60,706 nucleotides of DNA from Bacillota bacterium (GCA_012837925.1 DUQE01000099.1:1-60706); one strand, 5' to 3'; counted from the stretch's first letter, positions 43,369-53,360 are shown. Notes: generated by a model not told the origin, from the letters alone. Translations and numbers: made by a program.

Positions 43369-44744
43369 GTCGTCACACCTCCCTGAAGGATCTGGATAAT
43401 ATCTTCGTCCTGGGAAGCAAGTACGCTCCTCGGGTCAAGTAACACACGGTCTTGTGTAATTCTACCCATGACAGGAGGCGTTCCATGGCGGAGCCATTGG
43501 GCCAACTCTGCGCTGGAAAGCAGGGGGCTTTGCAGTGCCAAGGCCCATGACGAAATGGTTTCACCTGGCAGAGACCCTCCGCCCATGGTGGATTGGGTCG
43601 GCACAACTTCTCCTTGGAGATTCGGTCCTAGATAGTTTAACCATGTTTCTGCACGTTCTTTGATGGTATCTGAATCCAAGCTGGCAAAGGCCCAAAGTGG
43701 AAGTTTCTCGTAGTCCTTACTCAAATGCAGTTCCAAGACAGCTTCTAGTGCAAGCAGCGAGAGCTTATCAATGCGCAGTGCACGCAGGAGGGGATCGCGC
43801 TTGATAATGTCAACTAGGTCTTTACGTCCGCTGATAATACCCGCCTGTGGCCCTCCAAAGAGTTTGTCACCGCTGTAGGTTACAATGTCACTGAATTTAA
43901 GGGCACTTGACACAAGGGGTTCTGCAAAGGGGCGGAAAGCACCGCTTCCGATATCCTCAATCAAGAGCAGGCCCCGCTCTCGTGCGAGCTTGGCGAGTTG
44001 ATCTCTAGGTACACTTTCGGTAAATCCGATCATGGAATAATTGCTGGGATGCACCAGGAGAATGGCCTTCGTCTGCTCAGTGATCGCCTGGGCGTAGTCG
44101 CTGAGCCTGGTGCGGTTGGTCGTGCCCACTTCTTTGAGCAAACAGCCGCTGGCGGCCATGACATCAGGAACACGGAATCCTCCGCCGATTTCCACAAGTT
44201 GTCCCCTGGAGACGATGACTTCATGCCCGGCCGTCAAGGCCTTGAGGGTAACCAAGACTGCGCCGGCATTGTTATTTACTACGACGGTATCCAGTGTGTT
44301 CGCAGGATTTTCGGTTTGTCCCTGTTCGCCCGCCAGTAAAAGGTTGAAGAGCCTTGCCACGCTTGTGTAGCGGCTTCCCCTTTCACCACTCTGTAAGTCC
44401 AGCTCAAGGTTGAAGTATCCTTCACCAAGCGAACGTATGCGTTCGATAGCTTGCTTGGGGAGAGGAGCTCGTCCCAGGTTGGTATGTAAGAGTACGCCTG
44501 TCGCGTTGATTACGGGTTGGAATTTTCGTTTCATGCTTGCTTTGAGTGCAGCGGCCAAACGTTCCATGATCTCGTCGTGGGAAAGAGCTACGCCTTGGGC
44601 AGCAATTTCGCGGCGAATCTGATCTAGAGAACCCCGGATCACGGTCGTCACCTCTAGTGTTGGCAACTCCCGTGTTAATGTAATGATACGCTCGTCGGCT
44701 AAGATCTTGTCAACGGCGGGTATATGGCGAAACAGGTTTGACAT
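43359..44744 (-). CDS. selA: L-seryl-tRNA(Sec) selenium transferase
   Basis: The PLP-lysine block is YSGDKLFGGPQAGI. The N-terminal tRNA-binding domain pattern is present. Confidence 0.92.
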   Translation of the reverse strand: MSNLFRHIPAVDKILADERIITLTRELPTLEVTTVIRGSLDQIRREIAAQGVALSHDEIMERLAAALKASMKRKFQPVINATGVLLHTNLGRAPLPKQAIERIRSLGEGYFNLELDLQSGERGSRYTSVARLFNLLLAGEQGQTENPANTLDTVVVNNNAGAVLVTLKALTAGHEVIVSRGQLVEIGGGFRVPDVMAASGCLLKEVGTTNRTRLSDYAQAITEQTKAILLVHPSNYSMIGFTESVPRDQLAKLARERGLLLIEDIGSGAFRPFAEPLVSSALKFSDIVTYSGDKLFGGPQAGIISGRKDLVDIIKRDPLLRALRIDKLSLLALEAVLELHLSKDYEKLPLWAFASLDSDTIKERAETWLNYLGPNLQGEVVPTQSTMGGGSLPGETISSWALALQSPLLSSAELAQWLRHGTPPVMGRITQDRVLLDPRSVLASQDEDIIQILQGGVTTCS

Positions 44745-44810
44745 CTGTGTTCAACTCCCCTGAATGTGATGCTGTAAGTATGTATACGACATGGGGAGCA
44801 GGCAACCCTT

Positions 44811-44960
44811 TCTAGCTTTGGCTAGAGTTTTTCCTCAACGCTTTTTCCAGCGGAGAAAGACCTCGCTCCTTGAGTTCGGGAGACAGGCTCTTATGTTCGC
44901 TAATGGTCTTCATGGCGGCGGCAATCATTTCACGTTTCTCCTTCTTTGTGAGCTTTTGCA
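44811..44960 (-). CDS. Possible 49-aa basic protein (below ORF-track cutoff)
   Basis: ATG 44960 with an upstream GAGGAAG. The translation is MQKLTKKEKREMIAAAMKTISEHKSLSPELKERGLSPLEKALRKNSSQS*. It fills the spmB-selA gap. Confidence 0.3.
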
Positions 44961-45019
44961 TGACATGCCACTTCCTCTCGTTGTGTGATGATGATCAGTA
45001 TGGACCGCGGCCAAACGAA

Positions 45020-45553
45020 TCATGCAAAATAACGAAGGACAATATAGAGCGCTCCTAACGCGCCAGCTACATCCGCTACCAGCGACGTGACCAAGGTGTG
45101 GCGGGTTCGTTTGAGACCTACAGATCCGGCGTATACTGTAAGTACATAGAGACTCGTTTCGGTACTGCCCATAACTGTAGAGGCCAGACGGCCCACAAAG
45201 GAGTCCGGTCCGAAGGTGTCCAGAATTTGTGACAATATCGCTAGAGAGCCGGATCCTGAGATCGGCCGCATCAGCACCAACGGAAGTGCTTCTTTGGGAA
45301 ACCCCAACCAATTGGTGATAGGACTGAGAAGACGGATAAGTTGGTCTAACGCACCAGTGCGCTGGAAGATTTGAATCGCCACAAGCATCCCCACAAGGTA
45401 GGGCAGGATGCGCAAGGCTGTCTGCCATCCTTCTTTGGCTCCTTCGACAAAGCTTTCATAGATGGGCACTCGCTTGGACAGCCCTAGGGTTGTTATTCCC
45501 AGAAGTAATAAGGGTATGGCCCAGCGCGAAAGCCCTTGAATGGCTGAAGTCAT
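45020..45553 (-). CDS. spmB: Spore maturation protein B
   Basis: This is a nucleoside-recognition (Gate) family membrane protein directly downstream of spmA. Confidence 0.8.
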   Translation of the reverse strand: MTSAIQGLSRWAIPLLLLGITTLGLSKRVPIYESFVEGAKEGWQTALRILPYLVGMLVAIQIFQRTGALDQLIRLLSPITNWLGFPKEALPLVLMRPISGSGSLAILSQILDTFGPDSFVGRLASTVMGSTETSLYVLTVYAGSVGLKRTRHTLVTSLVADVAGALGALYIVLRYFA

Positions 45554-45571
45554 AATAGCTTCCTCCTTGAT

Positions 45572-46158
45572 TTAGGAACGGCGTGATGAAAACCGACGCA
45601 GCAAAATGTCTGCCACAATCGCAGCTAGGGTCGAGCACAGTGTGGCAAAAATGATGGGTCCGATGATGTCCGTTGGAGCGGTGGAGCCGTGGGTCAGGCG
45701 TAGCGCGATGATCGTGGTAGGAACGACGGTTAGGCTCGAGGAGGTAATGGCCATGAAGGTACACATGGCGTTGGAGGCGGTATCTTTGTTGTGATTGAGT
45801 TCCTGCAGGTGACCCATGGCCTTAAGTCCCAGAGGGGTACGAGCATTACCAAGGCCAAAATGTTGGCGCTCATGGCTACAAGCAGAGCACCCATGGCTGG
45901 GTGACGTTCAGGAACATCAGGAAACAGACGGCGTGCGAGTGGCCCCAGCGCTCTAGCGATAATTTCCATCAGACCAGCGTCTTGGGCGATCTTCATTACT
46001 CCCGACCAAAAGGAGATGATACCGATCAAACCCAAAGCCACGACTACGGCCTGTTCACTTCCGGCCAGAACGCCTTCCGTCACCAGATGTATTTGTCCTT
46101 TGCTCGTAGCGGTGATGACACCGGCCAGGATCATGACAAACCAGACATAATTGATCAT
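45572..46158 (-). pseudogene. spmA: Spore maturation protein A, interrupted by a 1-nt frameshift
   Basis: The N-terminal part (MINYVWFVMILAG...AMGALLVAMSANIL) and the C-terminal part (GLGNARTPLGLKAMGHLQELN...) lie in different frames. They join near 45850-45857, where one extra G on the coding strand would restore SANILGLGNARTPLGLKAM. Confidence 0.7.
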
Positions 46159-46307
46159 GCAATCCCTCCTTAACAAATCTATGCGGGAAATCGAGTAAGT
46201 AGGAGAGAACTAGAGAATTCTTTCCATATGAACAGAAAATGACAAAATTCAGATGCCTGACGTTTCCTGACTATCCCCGAGAGGTTTGCATTGTTGCTGA
46301 AAATTTG

Positions 46308-46341
46308 TGCTATAATAGACTTAAGGTCAGTATTAGTCAAA
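46308..46341 (+). promoter_or_regulatory. ctsR operon promoter (extended -10 TGcTATAAT) with CtsR operator
   Basis: GGTCAGT-ATT-AGTCAAA at 46325-46341 matches the CtsR heptad direct repeat (A/GGTCAAA NAN A/GGTCAAA). It lies just downstream of TATAAT (46311-46316). Confidence 0.8.
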
Positions 46342-46360
46342 GAAAGTTGGGTGGCGACGT

Positions 46361-46825
46361 ATGAGTAGCTTAGCGGACCATATTGAAGCATATATCAAAA
46401 GGATGCTGAGAAGCAGCCAAACCAATAGTGTTGAACTGAGCCGCGCCCAAATGGCCGATGACTTTTCCTGCGTTCCATCGCAGATCAACTACGTACTGTC
46501 GACTCGTTTCACCCTGGAACGGGGTTACATTGTGGAGAGCAGGCGCGGGGGCGGTGGTTACATTCGCATTGGACATGTGCAAGTGGATGATAGCTATGCC
46601 CACGCCGCGAACCTTCTAAAGAGCATTGGTTCTGAGCTTGATGAGAAGCAAATGGAGGATATCTTGGCGTATCTCAAGGATCATCATGTGATCACGCCCC
46701 GGCAACTCCAGCTCATCAGGGGCATTGTGCAGCAGGAAGTCGGCAGCATTGGGCAGGGGAAGAATGTGCTACGTGCTAGTTTGGTACGTGCTTTGTTGTT
46801 TCTTATTATTGAGTCAGAGTCTTGA
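46361..46825 (+). CDS. ctsR: Class III stress-gene repressor CtsR
   Basis: Motifs are ADHIEAYIKRML, SQINYVLSTRFT.ERGY.VESRRGGGGYIRI. Confidence 0.93.
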   Translation: MSSLADHIEAYIKRMLRSSQTNSVELSRAQMADDFSCVPSQINYVLSTRFTLERGYIVESRRGGGGYIRIGHVQVDDSYAHAANLLKSIGSELDEKQMEDILAYLKDHHVITPRQLQLIRGIVQQEVGSIGQGKNVLRASLVRALLFLIIESES

Positions 46826-46842
46826 GAGGCGGGTGATACCTA

Positions 46843-47355
46843 ATGCTATGCGAACGATGTGGCGAAAATACAGCGACAGTGAAGTTTGTACAAATCGAAA
46901 ATAACAACAAGACAGAATTACACCTTTGCCAGAGTTGTGCCCAGGGGTACACGAACTTTAGCACAGGATTTGATTTGCAGCACTTGTTGTCAGGGATGTT
47001 CCAATCGGGAACCCTTGGCCAGCAGCTCAGTCCGAGCAGGCCGGTGAAGAAGTGTCCGACTTGTGGGCGGACAATCCTTGACGTGCAGAAGACGGGACGT
47101 CTTGGTTGCGGTAGCTGCTATGAAGTTTTTTATGATGAGCTCAATCCCGTCTTGCGGAGGCTGCATGGCTCGAGTACACATACGGGTAAAGTGCCGGCTC
47201 GAGGGTATCCAAAAGCCCGGATCAGCCGCCAGATTGAAGACTTGCGCGGACGCTTGCAGGAGTGTGTGCGGCAAGAAAACTACGAACAGGCCGCCAAGTA
47301 CCGCGATGAACTTCGCCAGCTCGAAAAACAGTTGGCCGGAGGTGATGGCGAATGA
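46843..47355 (+). CDS. mcsA: McsA (zinc-finger/UVR-domain activator of McsB)
   Basis: N-terminal CxxC pairs are CERCGEN...CQSCA and CPTCG...CGSCY. The C-terminus carries the UVR motif ENYEQAAKYRDELRQLE. Confidence 0.9.
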   Translation: MLCERCGENTATVKFVQIENNNKTELHLCQSCAQGYTNFSTGFDLQHLLSGMFQSGTLGQQLSPSRPVKKCPTCGRTILDVQKTGRLGCGSCYEVFYDELNPVLRRLHGSSTHTGKVPARGYPKARISRQIEDLRGRLQECVRQENYEQAAKYRDELRQLEKQLAGGDGE

Positions 47356-48392
47356 AGAAGATCGCTTCGTGGATGAAGGATAATGGGCCCCAGGGAGACA
47401 TTGTGTTAGGGACTCGCTGTCGCCTGGCTAGAAACCTCCAGGGAATTCCGTTTCCTGAAGGAGCCAGTCGTGATGACCTTAGAACGGTACTCCAGCAGGC
47501 GCAGGAGGTTCTCCCACACTTGCAGGATCTGGGAGGCTTTGCCTACTTTGAGATGGGTACGATGGATACGCTAGACCGCCAAGTCTTGGTCGAAGAGCAT
47601 CTTGTCAGTCCGAGCCATACCCAGAATCCGCAGCATAAAGCCGTTATTATTAACGATGCCGCCAATGTGAGCATCATGGTCAATGAAGAGGATCACTTGC
47701 GTATTCAGGTTTTAAAACCTGGTCTGCAACTGGCCGAAGCATGGCGTAAAGCAACAGAGATCGACGATCGCTTCGAAGCACATCTTGATTATGCTTTTGA
47801 TATGCAGTCGGGATACCTTACGTGTTGTCCGACGAATGCAGGTACAGCCTTGCGGGCTTCGGTGATGTTCCATCTGCCAGCCCTGCGAAGGCTCAATAAA
47901 GTGCAAGAAGTCTTAGGTGCAGTATCGAAGTTTGGTTTGACGGTACGAGGACTCTACGGAGAAGGCAGCGACGCAAGGGGCAATGTTTTTCAGCTTTCGA
48001 ACCAGATCACGCTTGGTCAGAGTGAAGAGGAAACAATTGAACACCTGGCCCGCTTTACCGACCAAATTCTCCATAGTGAACGTCAGGCGCGAGAGTATTT
48101 GTTAGAAGAGGATCGAAGACTAGCAACAGAAGATTGGTTGTTCCGCTCCTATGGAATTCTCCGCAACGCTCGCATCATCACAAGCCAAGAAGCTATGGAG
48201 CTCTTATCGGATCTAAAACTCGGGGTCGATCTGGGTGTGATTGAGTATCGTGATCCTGAACTCCTGAAGCAACTGATGGTTCAAATTCGCTCAGCGCATC
48301 TGCAAAAGATGATGGGGCAGGCCCTTCCAGTTCAGGAGAGAGATCGTTTGCGAGCTAGTTTAATCAGAGATGCACTGAATGGTAACGCATAA
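47352..48392 (+). CDS. mcsB: Protein arginine kinase McsB
   Basis: Phosphagen-kinase-like core: RCRLARNL, EEDHLRIQ, CPTNAGTALRASVM and RGLYGEGS. Confidence 0.92.
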   Translation: MKKIASWMKDNGPQGDIVLGTRCRLARNLQGIPFPEGASRDDLRTVLQQAQEVLPHLQDLGGFAYFEMGTMDTLDRQVLVEEHLVSPSHTQNPQHKAVIINDAANVSIMVNEEDHLRIQVLKPGLQLAEAWRKATEIDDRFEAHLDYAFDMQSGYLTCCPTNAGTALRASVMFHLPALRRLNKVQEVLGAVSKFGLTVRGLYGEGSDARGNVFQLSNQITLGQSEEETIEHLARFTDQILHSERQAREYLLEEDRRLATEDWLFRSYGILRNARIITSQEAMELLSDLKLGVDLGVIEYRDPELLKQLMVQIRSAHLQKMMGQALPVQERDRLRASLIRDALNGNA

Positions 48393-48410
48393 AGGAAAGA
48401 AGGTGGAACT

Positions 48411-50822
48411 ATGTTTGGACGTTTTACAGAACGAGCCCAGCGAGTGATTGTCTTGTCGCAAGAAGAGGCACGCCGATTGGGTCATAACGTGGTAGGGACA
48501 GAGCACATTCTCCTGGGTCTCATTGCGGAAGGCGAAGACGTGGCGGCACGTTCACTGTTGTCGCTTGGGATCAGCATTGATCAAGTGCGCGGCGAGGTGG
48601 AGAGGATTATCGGCCGTGGTGGTCAGCCCACCCAGGGTCAGATTGGCTTTACACCTCGTTCGAAACGGGTCTTAGAACTGGCTTTTGATGAAGCCAGACG
48701 TCTAGGCCATACGTATATCGGTACGGAACATCTCCTGCTAGGTTTGATTCGCGAGGGAGAAGGAGTGGCAGCCCAGGTGCTACATAATCTGGGGGCTGAC
48801 TTGGAGAAGGTTCGTTCACAGGTCACCAGCCAACTCGGAAGTGGAAGCCAAGGAAAGACCCAAGCACCGCGCCAACACAATACTCCCACTTTGGATCAGT
48901 TCGGGCGTGACTTGACCGCTTTAGCCCGGGAAGGCAGTCTGGATCCTGTCATCGGACGGGACAAAGAGATTCAAAGAGTGATTCAGATTCTCAGCAGACG
49001 TACAAAGAACAATCCGGTGCTAATTGGTGAACCGGGTGTCGGAAAGACGGCTATTGCAGAGGGGCTGGCCCTCAAGATCATTCACAATGATGTGCCCGAG
49101 ACGTTGAGTAACAAACGCGTGGTCACGCTTGATTTGGGAAGCCTTGTTGCGGGTTCGAAGTTCCGCGGCGAATTTGAGGAACGCTTGAAGAAAGTAATGG
49201 AAGAGATTCGTGGTGCTGGTGATGTGGTACTGTTTATTGACGAGATGCACACCATCATCGGTGCAGGTGCAGCTGAAGGTGCTATTGACGCAGCAAACAT
49301 CCTCAAACCTGCCTTGGCACGTGGCGAATTGCAGGCCATTGGTGCCACCACACTGGATGAATACCAGAAGCATGTAGAAAAAGACGCCGCACTAGAGAGG
49401 CGTTTCCAACCCGTGATGGTCGATGAGCCCACCGTGGAAGAGACGATCGAGATTCTGAAAGGTTTGCGCGATCGCTACGAGGCTCACCACAGGGTAAAGA
49501 TTCAAGACGAATCCATTGTAGCGGCCGCGCGTCTTAGTGACCGCTACATTAGCGACCGCTTCTTGCCTGACAAGGCCATTGACCTGATGGACGAAGCCGG
49601 TTCAAGGGTGCGTCTGGCAGGTCTTGTGGCTCCGCCAGAGCTCAAAGAACTGGAAGCTCGCATTGAGGAAATATCCGTCGAGAAAGAAGCGGCCATTAAA
49701 AACGAAGAATTCGAGCAAGCAGCCAGCCTAAGAGATACAGAGCAAAAGCTTCAAGAGGAGCTGGAGGCAAAACGCTCAGAGTGGCGCAAGAGCCATGGTC
49801 GTGCAGAAGCGGTGGTCACGGCTGAGGATATTGCCGCAGTGGTGGCTGGTTGGACTGGCGTACCTGTGACAGACATCACCGAAGAAGATGCCATCCGTCT
49901 CTTGAATCTCGAAGAATTGCTGCATGAGCGGGTGATTGGTCAAGACGAGGCCATTGGTGCCGTTTCTCAAGCGGTGCGCAGGGCCCATGCGGGTCTAAAA
50001 GATCCTAAGCGTCCCATTGGTTCGTTTATCTTCCTGGGTCCAACGGGGGTAGGAAAGACCGAGTTGGCTAGAGCGTTGGCTGAAGCACTGTTTGGTGATG
50101 AAGATGCCATGGTTCGCCTGGACATGTCGGAGTACATGGAACGCCATGCTGTATCGCGGCTCGTGGGTTCTCCTCCTGGTTATGTTGGCTATGATGAAGG
50201 TGGTCAGCTCACCGAACAAGTGCGTAGAAAACCCTATTCTATCGTGCTCTTTGACGAAATCGAAAAGGCACACCCTGAGGTCTTTAACATCCTGCTCCAG
50301 GTCTTAGAAGACGGAAGACTGACAGATTCCAAGGGGCGGGTTGTGGACTTCCGCAACACAGTCATTGTCATGACATCCAACGTGGGAGCCCAGCAGATTC
50401 AACGTGACTCAGGCATTGGCTTTAGAGCTGTTGTTGATGAACGCAGTGACTATGAAGCGATGAAGGGTAAGGTTACTGATGAACTCAAGCGTGCCTTCCG
50501 CCCGGAATTCCTCAACAGGGTCGATGAAGTAGTTGTCTTCCATGCCCTGAACAAGGTGCATATCGGTGAGATTGTGGAGATCATGCTCAAGGAACTGCGT
50601 AAGCAGCTTCAGGAAATGGATATTGCCTTGACCATCACAGACCAGGCGAAAGAGCTTCTCACGAACAAGGGCTTTGATCCCGACTTCGGTGCGAGGCCAC
50701 TGCGTAGAGCCATCCAAAGGTATATAGAAAATCCCCTGGCGGAAGAAATCCTCAAGGGAACCTTCGGTGAGGGGGGCACAATTACGGTAGACTCCAAGGA
50801 GGGCGAATTCGTTTTCTACTAA
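48411..50822 (+). CDS. clpC: ATP-dependent Clp protease ATP-binding subunit ClpC
   Basis: It has Clp_N repeats, two AAA+ modules ([16 protein letters not shown]) and a UVR linker. Confidence 0.95.
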   Translation: MFGRFTERAQRVIVLSQEEARRLGHNVVGTEHILLGLIAEGEDVAARSLLSLGISIDQVRGEVERIIGRGGQPTQGQIGFTPRSKRVLELAFDEARRLGHTYIGTEHLLLGLIREGEGVAAQVLHNLGADLEKVRSQVTSQLGSGSQGKTQAPRQHNTPTLDQFGRDLTALAREGSLDPVIGRDKEIQRVIQILSRRTKNNPVLIGEPGVGKTAIAEGLALKIIHNDVPETLSNKRVVTLDLGSLVAGSKFRGEFEERLKKVMEEIRGAGDVVLFIDEMHTIIGAGAAEGAIDAANILKPALARGELQAIGATTLDEYQKHVEKDAALERRFQPVMVDEPTVEETIEILKGLRDRYEAHHRVKIQDESIVAAARLSDRYISDRFLPDKAIDLMDEAGSRVRLAGLVAPPELKELEARIEEISVEKEAAIKNEEFEQAASLRDTEQKLQEELEAKRSEWRKSHGRAEAVVTAEDIAAVVAGWTGVPVTDITEEDAIRLLNLEELLHERVIGQDEAIGAVSQAVRRAHAGLKDPKRPIGSFIFLGPTGVGKTELARALAEALFGDEDAMVRLDMSEYMERHAVSRLVGSPPGYVGYDEGGQLTEQVRRKPYSIVLFDEIEKAHPEVFNILLQVLEDGRLTDSKGRVVDFRNTVIVMTSNVGAQQIQRDSGIGFRAVVDERSDYEAMKGKVTDELKRAFRPEFLNRVDEVVVFHALNKVHIGEIVEIMLKELRKQLQEMDIALTITDQAKELLTNKGFDPDFGARPLRRAIQRYIENPLAEEILKGTFGEGGTITVDSKEGEFVFY

Positions 50823-50848
50823 AAGAAAATGATATTCTTGCGAATTCG

Positions 50849-50889
50849 GGAGTGCACAGACCTTAACGGGCAGTTGTGCACTCCTTTTT
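50849..50889 (+). terminator. Intrinsic terminator after clpC
   Basis: GGAGTGCACA...TGTGCACTCC is followed by TTTTT. An extended -10 (TGgTATAAT, 50894-50902) follows for radA. Confidence 0.8.
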
Positions 50890-50941
50890 CAGGTGGTATA
50901 ATAGAAGTGTAGGAAAATTTAGAACATAGAAAGGGTAGACT

Positions 50942-52297
50942 GTGGCTAGGAAAACGGTCGTGTTTGTCTGCCAGGCTTGTGGGGCTGAGAGTCCTCGCTG
51001 GATGGGAAAATGCCCTGCCTGTGCAGAATGGAATACTCTGGTAGAAGAAACAATCCAGCCTGTCAGCAAGAACGCTCGCACCTGGGTGGCAAGGAGTAAA
51101 CCCATGCCCCTCACAAGGGTCGAAAACAGTGCTGAATCTCGTTTTTCGACAGGTATTACAGAGCTTGATCGTGTCTTGGGTGGTGGCGTGGTACCAGGTA
51201 GCCTAGGACTCATCGGCGGAGATCCCGGGATAGGCAAGTCAACTCTGCTTCTTCAAGTGGCGAGCCAGGTAGCTCGAAGCGTTGGTAAGGTCTTGTACGT
51301 TACCGGTGAAGAGTCTCTTGCACAGCTGAAGCTTAGGGCGATACGCCTGGACGCTGTGGCCGAAGAACTCGTTGTACTCAGCGAAGCCAACACGAATGCG
51401 ATTTGCGAGGTAATCGAGAAGGAACAACCCGTCATGGTTATCGTTGATTCGATTCAAACCATGTTTGTTGAAGAAGTATCTTCACCTCCGGGTAGTGTGG
51501 GACAAGTTCGCGAATCCACTGGATGTTTCCTGCAGTTGGCTAAGAAGAGTGATATCGCTATTCTGCTCGTGGGACATGTGACTAAGGGCGGCAATCTAGC
51601 TGGTCCAAAAGTACTAGAACATGCCGTAGATTTCGTATTATATTTCGAAGGTGAAGTACATACATCGTTTCGAATCATTCGTTCAGTGAAGAATCGCTTT
51701 GGCTCCACCCACGAAGTCGCAATTTTTGAGATGAGTGGACGAGGCTTATTACCTGTAGCTAATCCTTCCCAGTTTCTGCTGTCTCAGCGACCTGAGAACA
51801 GTTCTGGCTCAGTTGTGGTTCCGTATATGGAAGGAACCCGCCCTCTGTTAGTGGAGGTGCAGGCCCTGGTGACCCCCGGTCCCTATGGTGGAACGCCGCG
51901 GCGTCAGACCACGGGCGTTGATTATCAAAGGTTCTCCATCGTTTTGGCGGTATTAGAGAAACGGCAGGGCTACCCGTTACAGTCGCAAGACGTCTTTTTG
52001 AACATTGCAGGTGGTCTTCGATTGCAGGAACCCGCCTTGGATTTGGGTATGGCGGTCGCAGTAGCCAGCAGTGTATCGAATGTTAGTTGTGATCCTCTTT
52101 GTGCTGTGTTGGGAGAAGTTGGGTTGTCTGGGGAAATCCGGGCGGTTCGAGGAATGGAGCAAAGGCTAGCGGAGCTTCACCGCCTAGGCTTTAAAAGCTG
52201 CATTATTCCCAAGACTAATGTGCAAGGAAATGAGCCCATTAAGGTTTATGGAGTCAGCACGATCCAAGAAGCATTGAAAATAGCGGTGAGAAGGTGA
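50942..52297 (+). CDS. radA: DNA repair protein RadA/Sms
   Basis: It has the zinc finger CQACG...CPAC, Walker A GDPGIGKST, KNRFG and a Lon-like C-terminus. The start is GTG. Confidence 0.93.
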   Translation: MARKTVVFVCQACGAESPRWMGKCPACAEWNTLVEETIQPVSKNARTWVARSKPMPLTRVENSAESRFSTGITELDRVLGGGVVPGSLGLIGGDPGIGKSTLLLQVASQVARSVGKVLYVTGEESLAQLKLRAIRLDAVAEELVVLSEANTNAICEVIEKEQPVMVIVDSIQTMFVEEVSSPPGSVGQVRESTGCFLQLAKKSDIAILLVGHVTKGGNLAGPKVLEHAVDFVLYFEGEVHTSFRIIRSVKNRFGSTHEVAIFEMSGRGLLPVANPSQFLLSQRPENSSGSVVVPYMEGTRPLLVEVQALVTPGPYGGTPRRQTTGVDYQRFSIVLAVLEKRQGYPLQSQDVFLNIAGGLRLQEPALDLGMAVAVASSVSNVSCDPLCAVLGEVGLSGEIRAVRGMEQRLAELHRLGFKSCIIPKTNVQGNEPIKVYGVSTIQEALKIAVRR

Positions 52298-52301
52298 GTA
52301 C

Positions 52302-53360
52302 ATGCGTGAGGATGATCTGATTTATGAACATCTTGAGATGGTGGCGCCAGGCACTCAGCTCTATGAGGGCCTTGACAGCATCCTAAAGGCGAAGACAGGC
52401 GGGTTGATTGTCATAGGAGATACTCCCGAAGTTTTGGAGTTGGTCAATGGTGGTTTTCGTATCGACTCCGAGATGCACCCAGGCTCCCTTTATGAACTAG
52501 CTAAGATGGATGGAGCCATCGTGCTATCAAGCGATGCCAAGAGAATCCTCTATGCCAACACCCAACTGGTACCTGATTCCATGATTCCGAGTTTCGAAAC
52601 CGGGACGCGTCATAAGACGGCGGAACGTGTTGCGAAGCAAACAGGTCAACTTGTGATTTCTATATCGCAGAGGCGTAATATCATCACGATTTACCGGGGA
52701 AACTGGAAGTATGTTGTCCGTGAGGTTAGTGTGATCCTGGCAAAAGCCAACCAGGCCTTGTCTACTCTGGAGAAGTATCGTAGCGTTTTTCAACAGTCTC
52801 TAACGAATCTAAGTGCCCTGGAGTTCGAGGACGTTGTGACCTTAACGGATGTAGCAACGGTGTTACAGCGGAGCCAGATGGTGAACAAAATCGCCTGGGA
52901 GATCGAGAGGTATGTAATTCAACTGGGGTCAGAGGGTCGTCTTGTCCGCATGCAGCTCGAGGAGCTCATGGCCGATACCAAGGATGAAGGGCTCTTGGTC
53001 TTCAAAGACTATTATGCAGGTGAGAATCTAAATGAGAGTTGGAGTCAACTAGAGGAAATGGACTCCGATGACTTGCTTAATCTAGGACTTATTTCCAAAA
53101 CACTGGGTTTTGGGGGAAGCATGACGAACCTCGATCAGGCGGTTGCGCCCCGGGGTTACCGTATTTTGGCAAAGATACCCCGCTTGCCTATGCCTGTTAT
53201 CGAGAATCTGGTCAAGACCTTCGGTCACATTACTACCGTCATGGATGCCACCATTGAAGAACTCGACGATGTAGAAGGCATCGGAGAGGTGCGGGCGAAA
53301 GCGATTAAAGACGGCCTGCGTCGTTTGCGCGAGCAGGTCTTGGTGGATAGCCACATCTAA
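52302..53360 (+). CDS. disA: DNA integrity scanning protein DisA (diadenylate cyclase)
   Basis: DAC domain motifs are APGT.LYEGL..IL.AKTGGLIVIG, DGAIVLS and RHKTAER. The C-terminus has an HhH element. Confidence 0.92.
   Translation: MREDDLIYEHLEMVAPGTQLYEGLDSILKAKTGGLIVIGDTPEVLELVNGGFRIDSEMHPGSLYELAKMDGAIVLSSDAKRILYANTQLVPDSMIPSFETGTRHKTAERVAKQTGQLVISISQRRNIITIYRGNWKYVVREVSVILAKANQALSTLEKYRSVFQQSLTNLSALEFEDVVTLTDVATVLQRSQMVNKIAWEIERYVIQLGSEGRLVRMQLEELMADTKDEGLLVFKDYYAGENLNESWSQLEEMDSDDLLNLGLISKTLGFGGSMTNLDQAVAPRGYRILAKIPRLPMPVIENLVKTFGHITTVMDATIEELDDVEGIGEVRAKAIKDGLRRLREQVLVDSHI

Noticed and set aside
45730-45860. Programmed ribosomal frameshift as an explanation for the split spmA.
   Set aside because: I could not see a slippery heptamer or a stimulatory downstream structure at the junction. 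A 1-nt indel in a short G/C run is the simpler explanation.
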